From Paraspadella gotoi (lineage: Eukaryota > Animalia > Chaetognatha), in assembly GCA_051294375.1 (NCBI GenBank), contig CM119271.1, positions 676,721-740,720 on the forward strand: DNA of 64,000 nucleotides, in the 5' to 3' direction. Positions 23,767 to 35,500 of this stretch are shown here, piece by piece (position 1 is the first letter of the stretch; every line of letters begins with the position of its first letter). The translations under genes were made by a program, and so were the position numbers. The notes beneath the pieces were generated by a model that was given only the letters and a program-made list of their open reading frames with translations, did no database searches and was not told the DNA's origin.

Positions 23767-26700
23767 ATGACGTCTCTCGACATCATGGACGACAAATTTT
23801 TGTACGAGAAGGAGTCGAGCGGCTTTCTCCAAACTTTGCTAGATTTTCATCGAAGTCGCGGGACTCCGCTCCCCCGCCTCCCCACCGTCGGAGGAAGACG
23901 CATTGATCTCTTCAAACTCTACAACACGATCACCGAGCTTGGAGGCAAGTTCTTCTCCTCCTTTTTCTTTTGTTCTTTTTCTTGTTGTTGTTCTTCTTGT
24001 CGTTCTTGTTCTTGTTCGTGTATGATAACGAATTCGTCTTCTGAGAAATAAGATTTCCTTTCGTAGGGGTTTAACTTTCAAAGTTGAAAGTTTTTTTCGT
24101 GATAAAGATGATAATGTAATTTTATTTTTGTTCTTACCATTTATATTTATTAAACTGTATTTTGAAATGAAATGGAAGGACAAGTAGTAATGAATCCGTG
24201 CTCAAGATTTAATAGTTCTTCCGGCTCAATCAGGATCGTGACAGCTGAAGGTTAAACCTAAGGCTTTTTTTTTTCGGTCATGATTCATGATAAGTTGTTC
24301 ACCGTTTGATCTTGTTTTGTTCTTGGATTCTTTAAAACCGAAGAAGTCTAGCAACTAATGAAGTCGCGATTCGAATGTTAAAATTCTGAGAACGACGACG
24401 ACACAACAAAAAACTTTTTGACTCCTCAAACTCAGGTTGGACGAAAGTGAATAGCACCCTGGGATGGGAGGACCTGCTATCGGAGTTCGGAATCCCGCCG
24501 GCGACGGGCAACGGATCCCAAGCTCTCAAACTCATCTACGCTCGACATCTTTGGCCTTACGAAAAGCAGAAACGCGGCGAAGATGTCGACGATGAATTCA
24601 AGGAAGTCGACGGTCAGTTCTCAGAAGAATTCCTTTTTTTATTCACGAATTTTGTCCTCATCCTTTTACAAATTCCTCACTTATCCCCCTCGTCCTCCAG
24701 GCGAGCGAGGGGAACGCTCCACCAACCGCCTCGCCAACCGCTCCCGCCGCCAAGCCCTCGCCAACAACCCCAACGGCCCCGTGCCGCTCGCCTACAACCA
24801 GCGTCAGCACGAGTTGGCCGAGTCGACCCGCGCCCTGCTGGGCCTACCCCCCGCCCCTTCCGCCGCCTTCCGCCCCGTCATTCGATCCCTCTCTTCCGCC
24901 CTCCCCAACGAGGTCGACTTTGGCCTCAACGTTTGCGGCGTCCTCTCGGCCGAGTCCCAGTCCAACCCGCTCTCTCTCTCCAAGGCTGCGGGGCTGCTCC
25001 CGCTGCTGCTCTCGCACGCCGGGATCTACTCCAGCCTCGGCGGCGTAGGAGATGTCGAAGCCGGCGACGACGCCGGGTTTTTAGTGGCGGGAGAGACGGT
25101 CAACGCCGCGCTGGGACGAAACTTTTGGCGATTCTGGATGGAAGCCACGGAAGAGTTTCCCGTCGCAAGGAAGTTTGTTTTGCCCGGGGAAGAAGAAGAA
25201 GAGGAAGAGGGAAAAGGAGCGGACGAGGCGACCGAGAAGAGGAGAGAGACATCGACGCTGGAGGCAGAGGAGGAACTGGCGAAGGCGGACGAAGAAGAGG
25301 CGTCTTCGGAGAAGGGTGACGCCACCACCGCTTCGACTATCGGCGCCGCATCTAATGACGCCGGCGCGGAAGCAGTCGCCCAAACCAATGCTTTAACAAA
25401 GACGACCAAAACGAATCCGCCTCCAAAGATCAACGACCTCCGATCCCTTGTCGCCTCCCTGATCCCCTCTTCGGCCGAGACGGCGCTGGGCGTGGCCAGG
25501 CCAGGCGGCGCCCGCGACGTCGAGTTGGCGCGCGTCTCGCAGATCCTCGCCATCCTCCGCAATCTCTCCTTCGACGAGGAGAACCGCCTCGTCATGGCCG
25601 CCGACAAAGATTGCCTCCGCTTCATCTTCCTCTGCATCCATTCCAAGTATTCCGACCTCTCGCAGATGGGGCTCGACGCTATGGCCAATCTCGCCACCAA
25701 GCTCGCCCTCGATGAGTGCGGGTGCAAGACCACGCAGGTAGGGTAGGGTAGGGTTGGTGAAGATAGGGGTGGGGGAGGTTAGAGAATTTGGGCGAAAGCG
25801 AAAACTGGAGAGGAATGTGACATCACGTATGAAAATGCAGCTCTATCGTAGGTTATATATGACTTAATTAATCACCGATTGTTAAGAATTCAAAGAGGTA
25901 ATCTTATTCGTTTTAGGTAGATACTTATTACTTAAGGAAAAGAATTATGACAACATGGTCTGAGAAAACTTATGTATTCCTTATATTCTTTATATGGTTT
26001 TACTCATTTATTATCTCGAATTCCCTTCATATTCTCCCTAGCTCCTATTCGAGATGTTGCACCGGCTGCTGCATTCTGAAGACCGTTTTCAAATTCTCCG
26101 CGGGTTGGAGATTCTCGGCGCCCTCGCCGCCGTCGACTCCAACGAGGAGGTTCTACTCAACGCCATCGGCGGCGACGTTTTCGCCAGAATCGCGCAACTT
26201 CTCACAGGTCGGTATTCAGAGGAAAGCTGATGTTGATCGTTTCTTTAGTTAAGACCAAGACGTGACCATTTCGCTTTTGGTGAAAGGGTATGATAATTGG
26301 TGACTTGATTCTCAATTTCCTTGGGTGTAGTTTCTCGAAGGTCCCTTTTTTTCTAGCCTATTTCCAATTTTCACTTTCTTCAGTAACTGACCTCCAAATT
26401 CTGGTGGGTTCCCTGGATTGCCTCTACCGCATCACCAACTCCGGCGCCGCTCTCTGCTCTCTCCTGATGACCGCCACCACTCGAATCCTCCCGGCGTCCT
26501 CGGTGCCTTCCAACTGCCCGTTCGGCGCCAAGCACCTCGGCGCCAACCGGTTGATCCGCCAGCTCGTCAACTTCCTCACGCTGGAGGCGTCGTCGCTGGG
26601 GCCCACGGCCGTCTCGAGCATCCGCGTGGTGGAGATTCGTCCCGTCGCCGACCATCAATCGCAGCGAGGCGAGTTGAAGGCGATTTCCTTTTTTACCAAA

Positions 26701-29700
26701 TGATGAAGAATTATTAGTAATATCTTGTCGGCATAAGGTGAAGTGAAGACGACATTTTCTAAAACTTCTCGTAGGCCTTCTGCCGACCCCCTACCAACAA
26801 ACGAATTACATGTACACGGCCAACGCCGCCCAAGCTCAGCCGACCCACGTCGCGGGACAAGTCGAGGGAGTAGTCCCACCCGCCGCCTCTGCCGCTGCCC
26901 CTCATTACGTCATCCAACATCCCGGGGCCGGAAGGAACTCGCCCCTCGTCATTATTCCGCAGTGCGGGAATGCGCTTCAAGTCGCTGGTGAGTTTGTTCG
27001 AATTGATTTAATTCGTTGCGATTGATTGTAAAGCTGGATGCAATAACTTCAAACGTCTAAACCAAAATCAGGTTCACAAGTTGGGGCCGCGCACATGATC
27101 CAAGGTCAGCCGACAGCAATCACGGTCAAAGGGGGTCAGGTCATCCCCGTCGTCATTTATCAGCCAAAGGTAAGGGTCGTTTCGACGATCGAAATTAATG
27201 TCGATCTTGTGGACGCAACATGCTGAGCTCTTTTTTTATTCAAGCAACAACAACAGCCTCAACCACACCAACCGGAACCAACGAGCAAAGGAAACGGACG
27301 CGTCGACATCAATGGCGAGGAATTCGCTCGCAATTGGCTCGTCGCCAACTACGAAGCCGGAACCTCCAACGAGCACATCGCCAGGAACGCTCTCTATCAG
27401 GTCTTTTTTTTCTCTCTCTCTCCCCTTTTTTTTTGTTCGTTCGTGGCTCTGCATTTAAATTTCTTATCGGAGATTTTGAACAAGTTATCCTCGGTTTGTC
27501 CGTCCAGGCGTATTCGGACGCTACTAGGGCATACGGACTTTTGAAGAACGAGAGCGTCACGAGCGGCGCAATCACCAAACTGGTTAACGTTCTGTGGCCC
27601 AGCGTCGTAGTCAGGTGAATTATTTAGCATGTATTTGACAGCTTTTACATAGATGGTTTGTAAAATTGTAAGTTTTAATATCAGTTGACTTTAATTTTCT
27701 CGATCTCTTCGTTTTCCAGACGAATTGACGACGGATCCGGTCAGCAGCTCCACCACGGCGGTCTCCGGAAAAAGGCGGTCCCGTCCCCAATGCCGCCCCT
27801 CCCGCCCAAACACCAGCCCACTACGGCTGGCCCGGCTACGATAGGATCGACCCCGGCCCGGCAGATTCTCACCGTCTCAACTCAGTCCCAGGGCAGCCAC
27901 TCGTCCGGCTCGGCCCAGTCCAGCCCGGCTCTGTCCACATCTCAGGTGCCGACGGAAGGATTCTTCGTCGCCGGAGGGAGAAACCATCTTCACTCAGGAC
28001 AGCTTCGGCAGCAGCCGCATCAGTTGCAGCAGCCGCAGCAGGCCGTCAACGAAGTCTTCGGACTCAAAAATCCCGCGGGAGTTCAATCAGAGAAAACTAG
28101 GTTCGTCGAGCTCGAATTTTTTATTTATAAAATAAAATCGTTGCATCTTTCAGGAATAAGTTTTTGTATTTTCATAACGAAAATGAGGCGAAACATGTCC
28201 GACTATGAATTGTCATTAAATTCGTTAAGAAAATACAAAAACTGTTATTCCTGAAATTCCCAAAATAACGAAAAGAAAGGAAATCAATTACAATCGTTGC
28301 ATCAAAAAAAAAATTCGTTAAATTGATAAAAGCTGAAATAGATTTGACCGAATTAGACGTAGTGTAGTTTTATTTTTAGTGGATATATCTAGCCTTGAAA
28401 AAAAAAAATGATCGTTCATGGTCTAGAATACGGTGCAACTCTATTCTATTCTCTAAACCTCGTCTTTTCCTTTTTCTCTCCCCCAAGGGACTCGAATCTC
28501 ATCAAAAGTCTCCTCGCCAGTAAATTGACGACGAAGATCGAAAATCCCGGAAATTCTTCGCCGCGATCCGATGTTTCCATCGTGGCCACGGCGCTGCATC
28601 AAAGACAGCCTCAACAACAACCCCTCCCCCAGCCCGCCGTCGACTCCACCTTCCCTCCCAACTCCCTTAAAACTTACGCTCGAGGAGCGACGAAGCTCCC
28701 CGCCGAGCGTCACGCGATCAACCATTCGAACGACGTGGGCGACGCCCACTCGGACGCTTGCAGCGAAGACAGTCGTCACAGCGTGACCTCAATGGACAGC
28801 GGAAAGGGCTCGACCGTCATCCCCTCCACCTCCGTCTCGCCCGAGAGCCATCCTGTGGTGCCGACCTCCCAGCCCGGCTCCACCACGGGCGCTTGCGTCG
28901 AGGAAGCGCCCGCCGCCGCCGTTCCCGTCAAGTTCGAGTCGACGCTCGTCAAAAAGATGCTGGCGGGCGTGGTGGATGATAGCGCTTCCAGTGCCTTAGA
29001 GACGGTCGTCAAGAAGGAGAGCTTCGATGTGGTCGTCAACGGTCACCCGGAGACGGAGAACGAGAGCGTCGTGAAGAGCGAAGAGGATTCGACGGTGAGT
29101 AAACTAGAAAATATGAGGAAACAATGTGGAAAAACTGAGGAAGAAGTCCAGGCCAAACGGTCCTTTGCAATTAATGGGAAAAGGAGTGGGTAAAACTCGT
29201 TAGTGCTTGGTTGTGATTGAATTATAGAATAACAAATATTGATAGTCTGAATGGTGTTGCTAAGTTTGTATTTTCGAATTTAAAACGGTCAAATCATATA
29301 GGCTACTGGACATTAACTGCTGGCCTTAATAAATTTTGTAAAAAATTACATTAAGAAAAAAAAAATAGTTGTATTAATTTCTCCCATTCAACATTTCAAG
29401 AACGCCGTCCGCGTCAACGGCGTCGCGGAGACGAACGGCACCGACGTTGACGTCGCCAACTTCCTCTCCAATGGAACCGGCGCCGTTTCGGATCAAAGAC
29501 TTGGCGCCAAGAGATCCTTGGATAAAAACTCTGTGGAGAACGGGGAGCCGAGCGTGAAGGCGATGAAGGTGGAGCCGGAGTCTGTTGTCAACGGAGACGT
29601 CGTCGTCGCGGAAACGAAAGCCTTTCCGAATCAGGGTCGACCCCTCGTTTCTTCGTCGACTCCGCCCTCGGCCACACCGGACGCGTCGGCGTCCCGTCTC

Positions 29701-30843
29701 TCCCAGCCGCATTCTCAAACCACACAACAACCCTCGACGCCAATCGAGCAACCGCTACAACATCAACCGCATCAAAACTTGCAACAGACCCAACAGCAGC
29801 TGCAACATTCACAACAATTTTCTCAACGGCAGGTTATTACTCAGACTGCGCCGTCTGGTGCCACCATCATCGTGCAGCATCAACAGCAGCCACCGACTCC
29901 ATCGGGAATGTGTAGTACAGCGCCGCCCCGCGTCTTCGGCGCCGCAGCCGCCGCTGGCCCCAACTCCCCGTCCTCCCAATCGGAGTCTTGCCCGTCTTCG
30001 TCGACGACGACGTCGGCCGAATATTTCTGCGAATGGAGTCGCTGCGCTCGCGTCTTTCGCTCGCCGAAAACCCTCTTCCACCACGTGTGCACGGACCACG
30101 TGAACTCTCGCTTCAAGGAAGGCAACTGCCTCTGGGGCGCCTGCGATTCCATGCGGCGCAAGCGGTGGTCGCTCGTCAGCCACCTGCAGGACCGGCACTG
30201 TAACGAGCAGGCCCTGAAGTTGGCCGCCCTTCGGCGCCAGCACCGACTCAAGTTCGGCGCCGTGCCCTCCCACTTGCGTCCCCCGGCCCCAGCGCCCCAT
30301 CCGGGCTACGCGCCCAACGCCGCCATGCTGGCCATCAAGCGTCACTCCCATCTCCCACCGCTGGCCGAGTTCGCCTCCGAGCAAGAGGGTCCCGTGACGC
30401 GGGACATCCGCCTCACCGCCGCCATCGTGCTGAAGAACCTGGCTCGCCATTGCGAGGCCGCGCAGCGGCTGGTGTTGCGCCACGAGCGCCGTTTGGCCTC
30501 AGTGGCGTTCCGTTGCATGGAGGCGTCGAACAACGTGGCTCAGTGCCTGGCGCACATCCCGGCCTGGATGCGGGGCTCCAAACGGTTCGATTCGGAAATC
30601 GGGGAGAAGGGAGGAGAGGAGGCAGGGGAAAGGCAAAGTGAAGAGGGAGAGGAAGATGAGGAGGAAAGTCCCGAGGTGGGGGAGGCGTCACCCGAGAGAT
30701 CGAGAAACGGAATGGGCGTGACTGGAGGAGGGGCGTTGACTGCGACCGGAACCGTCCGCGGCGTCGTCGAGGGTGAAGTGGAGATCCGCGAGGCCAACGA
30801 CGACGACGACGAATCACAAACTATCGTCATTGCAACGGATTAG
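23767..30843 (+). CDS. ARID2 (Bap170): AT-rich interactive domain protein 2 (PBAF subunit), ~1615 aa, 12 exons
   Basis: Exons 23767-23944, 24436-24612, 24701-25737, 26042-26207, 26384-26668, 26775-26987, 27072-27169, 27245-27400, 27508-27614, 27720-28100, 28488-29094, 29401-30843. They encode the ARID domain (IDLFKLYNTITELGGWTKVN...LKLIYARHLWPYE), SALPNEVDFGLN, ILRNLSF, an RFX-like winged helix (EFARNWLVANYE), SNLIKSLLASK, two C2H2 fingers (CEWSRC...HVCTDH; CLWGAC...HLQDRH) and EGPVTRDIRLTAAIVLKNLA. Introns 1 and 5 are GC-AG. Confidence 0.93.
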
Positions 30844-31029
30844 ATTCTTTTTTTTTTTTTTTAGATTCTTTTGAAATTTTATTTTTCATCCGAGTAGTTT
30901 TTCATTTACTATAGATTTTTTTTTCAACTCCACTCTTTTTTTTGTCTAGAGTCTGTCCCGCTCATTGTTCAGTTTTTGTTTTAATTCGTAAAATTTTGTG
31001 CCATCAAATCTTACCCTTTTTTTATGAAA

Positions 31030-31077
31030 CGGGACATCCGCCTCACCGCCGCCATCGTGCTAAAGAACCTGGCTCGC
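31030..31077 (+). repeat. 48-bp copy of ARID2 coding sequence (30400-30447) downstream of its stop codon
   Basis: CGGGACATCCGCCTCACCGCCGCCATCGTGCT(A/G)AAGAACCTGGCTCGC, 47/48 identical. Confidence 0.9.
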
Positions 31078-32550
31078 GTATATGTTGATTAATTTTTATT
31101 CACGAGCGGGAGACGGTTTAACTATAATAGCGTGGGGATGTACTTAAATTAATTTTAGTATATTTTTTTTTAGTTTACGAGGCCATCGATTTTCCAGTCG
31201 TGACTGATGGACCATATTATCTGCAAATTATTTTAAAACTAAAACAAATCATGTTTCGAATTCTGCGCGTGTCAAAAAAAACAAAAAAAACAAAGCTCCT
31301 TATGTTTCTTTTTTTCTTTTTACCAAATACGAGAAGGATCGAATCCGGCACTAAATTTATCAACGAGTAAAATCCCATTTAAAAAAAAAAATATTACCCG
31401 ACGATAAAAACAAATCCTCAGGTTCTGAAAAAAAATAGAGGAAAACCCAACGGGAAACGAGGTTGGGGGGGAGAAGATTGAGACGCGGTATATATCAAGT
31501 GCCTTGGCGGATTCTTGCCTTTTCCTTCTATCTCTTCTCCATCCCCTCTTTGCCCCCTTTCCCCCCCCCACCCTCCCCCCTGAACAATCTATCAATTAAT
31601 TTATGGTGAATAAAAATAAAATGTTCACTCAATTTATTTGCATTGAATTTCCCGCCTGTTTTAGCTATCGTATGAATCGAATAAAACTGTAACAATTCTT
31701 TCTTCTTTCTTCATAGAAAAAAAAAATAAAAAGCACTCCAGACCGCTATAGTATTTACATAGTATATCAGAATTTTCTTTAACTGGTAACTCTAATGACA
31801 GTCAGGCATTGTTTTTCAGCCCCGCGGTGGATCTAAGTAACTGCGTGAATAGTTATTAGTTAAGCTATGCAATAACGAAAAAAATATTTCAATAATTCTT
31901 GAAAAATTTTTTATTGAAAAAATTTAGTAAGGTTTTGAGGAAGAATATTTTAGGAAAATAATAAATTTAGCGAGGCATCAATGATCAAGTAATGAGTAAT
32001 CGAGAACTAGTTTGAGCAAACAATGTCGGATCTGCCTACGATAATTAAGCGGTAATCAGCTAATCGATGATAAATGACGATATTTCTTTCAATTTGGGAT
32101 TTTTTATAAAAAAATTTTAAAAAATATTATCCAATTACCCTAACCTTAAAACCTCTTAACCCTAACTACCTTTAACCACCCTTAACCCTAACCCCGGTTT
32201 GCGACAGTAAAAGTAACCCATCCAGTTAGAATAATTTCCACTCGCACGATTCCATCGAAACTTTATATCCAGCTCAATCACACACTTTCCTACCCACACA
32301 CAAAATTTCATTCCAATCCAACCATCCAATCACAAGTAATTAGTTTTTTGTTAAGGGGGACAGACAGACGGATGGACATCATTTTTTTGCATAATTTATC
32401 ATAATGATTTAATAGGATTGAAGTTAATGCCTGACAATATTGAGGGGGTGGACCGACGTACCGATAAAGTGAATTATATAGTCGGAATCTGCTGATAAGC
32501 AGATCCGTCTAATAAGCAACAACGCTGCTCACTACAAAGTCCCCCCCTTA

Positions 32551-35500
32551 CTATCCCCAGCAGGAACCAAACTTTCCCATTTTTCTTCGCTCCGTTGGGG
32601 AATTGAAATCGAGGCGCACCTCCTTGTCGAGGTCCCACTCGGGGGATCGGAAGCGGACCTTTTTCGACACTTTGGCCCATCGGCGGAACATGAGTTTCTC
32701 GTGGAAGAATCGATGGCCGTTTCCCGAGTATTGGCAACTTTTCCGAAAATGGAGGGGCGGGTGTTTTGTTAAATTCTCAAAAGCTATTTGTCTTTTGAAT
32801 CTGGACTGGATGTTTCAAGGCATTCCCTTTCTCTGACAAAATGATATTATATTAGGATCGTGCAAACTTTCAAACGAGATTCTAACTCTCTAGTTTATTA
32901 ACTGCCAGATCATCTTTAAATACTTTTGTACTCTGGCATTGCATAAAAATAAAAAAAAAGAGACGGTTATTAAATTGATGAATTTCGTAGTTTGCTTGAA
33001 TAGCGAATAGTTACCCGAGGTAATGTTGGCATTCCGTTGTCCCATACGGTTCCCAGTAATGGTAGGGCATAATTTTTTCCTTCATAGCTTGTTTGGAGCT
33101 AGTGCCGATTTTTATGGAGGTAGCATAAAATAATGTGAATTTTTTATTAGTCTACCAGCTTTTTCTTTAAACAGTTAATTTAATACCTAGAACGAGAAGA
33201 GCTTTCGTTCCTGACGGAATTTCGGTCAGACAATTGCCTAATATCATGAGTAAATATTTTTTATTTTATTAATTATTTAATGATAATTCTTTTATTCCCT
33301 TCCCCTCCATTTTTTTTGTTAATTTTTGTTTCTATTCGTAATTTGTCATTCCTTCTTTACGATAATTCTACCTGCACTGATTCTCGTCCGGAATTCCGTA
33401 AATGGTGATGTTCTTGCAGATGGCCATCGTCAGCAACAGCGCCGTGTAGCCAGTTGACATATAGACTCCTGTCGTTTCCCTAAGGCGCCACGAAGCATTT
33501 TAAATCGTATAGTAGTTATATATTAAATTATCTCACGCAATGGGGTGAGTTAAAACTTCACCGACAAAAAATAGGGAGTAGAAACAAATTTTTGCGGCTT
33601 GCGCGCATAGTGTTAAATATTTGCCTATAACTGGCAATACTATTTGAAACAACTGATAGCGATATATCCATTTCGGCTAATTTTTACATTCGCCGACCGG
33701 AATTTCTCGGTCAGTTATTTTTTTCCGCTTTTTATGAAAGATAGAAATCTTGATACAAAAAAAAAATATACTGATAAGGTGAAGAGACAGTAATAATTGT
33801 TATATTGAACGGTTCTGTCACTAACACATAAGCTTCAGATCAGGCTGTAACACCGTGTTACAGGCGGGTTAAGCGACTACCGGGCTAGAACCCCGGACCT
33901 TTGGGGTGGGAGGCGAATGACTTGCCTCCAACACCAATGGCCGCTGATGAACGGTTGGTGGATTTTAGTCCACCATGCATTCCCCCCCTCCCATAGGGAG
34001 AAGTCTGTTGCATCTCTTCAGTGAATTGTTGGTGGAAAGTTCGTCACCAAGTTGAGTGTCGCCTGATGTTGGCGGAAAGTGCATCGCCAGGTTGAGGCAT
34101 GTTACCTGAAAGGGTTGTTGCTGTTGTGTTCGGAAGTCGAGCTCACCAATGAAGAGACAGTAATAATTGTGATGTGTTAGTGACAGAACCTTTCAATATA
34201 AGCAGTCTCTGAACTTCGGATCAGGCTTTTACAGGCGGGTTAACTGCTTGGCGACCAACGGGCTAGAACCCCAGACCTTTGGGTTGGGAGGCAAATGACT
34301 TGCCTCCGGCACCAATGGCCGCTGATGAACGGTTGGGGGATTTTAGTCCACCCTTAACCCAATTGTTAACCGTTATATAATAATAATAATAAAAATAGTA
34401 ATTAAAATAAATTAAACAATTATTCGAACAAATAATAGATAGTAATATACGGAAATATCTTTTTTTTAACTTAAGAAAAATGAATTAATAAAAAAAATAT
34501 TATGAAATTGGTACAACCAATATAAAAATTATCCATTCATTTAATAAATAAGCTATCTTGTCCCTGCACAAACCGAGACAAAGTTAGAGGGAAAACGAGC
34601 AAAAAAGTATTATTTAACAAAAGACAAAACCGCTCTGTGCTTACCGCTTCAAAGGCAGACCGGTCTCTTTCTCAAAAACCGCGGCGTTTGTTTCCAGCTG
34701 TTTGTAGTTCATGTAGTAAAACCTAAGGAATATTGTTCCTATTAAATAGTTTATTCTTACTCCCCCCGACCCTCCCAAGTTAATGTACACACAAGTACAG
34801 GGAAACAAAAACGAAAAAAAATGTAACAGCTGAATCTGGTTCTTTTTTCTGTTACTTAAATGAGTTAATCCCTGAATGTATCTCCTAAATCCTTAACCAT
34901 TAACCCTAATCCTTAACCTAACCTTTAATATAATTATCAAAATCATAAATTGTATTTAAGTTGAAATGGGTGATTATGGGAAAATAAGCCATCACTTGAT
35001 ATCGGTGTAGTTGTGTTTCTTGACGAAATCGATCATATCGCTCTCGATCGATTGTCGACTCTTCAGAATGAAAGGACCCCATACGATCACGTGACGAGGC
35101 CTCTGTGGACCCACCTTTTAGATTTAATAACAATAGTTGGGAAGATAATATTTTTATGCTTTTAAATATAAATAATCTTCATTCTTTTAATATTGTAAAT
35201 TAAGTCTTCCCGATTTTTTCTGTTTGATGTTTAATTCAATATGGCGGAGAATATAGTGGACTATTATATTTTTACCAACAAAGTGATCCTGTCGTTTTTG
35301 ATCTTGGACCAGGATGGATGCCCGACGAGGCGGACGGTCGTCTTGGATCCGACGTCGGAGGTGTGGCTCAGCGTCGGGGCGTGGTTCAATCGAAACACGC
35401 AATCTTTAAATTTCATAAAATGTACTAAATACAATTATTTGGAAAAATGTATTTAAAAGCTCGTATAAAAGAAAGAGAGTCCTCGACAGAGAGGAGAGAG

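Noticed and set aside
5782-30830. Many antisense and alternate-frame ORFs over TSC22D and ARID2 exons
   Set aside because: Expected shadows of GC-rich, low-complexity coding sequence; no recognisable domains.
33943-33975. CTGATGA in family B LTRs as a hammerhead core
   Set aside because: No stem II-GAAA or NUH site follows, and it lies on the antisense strand of the element.
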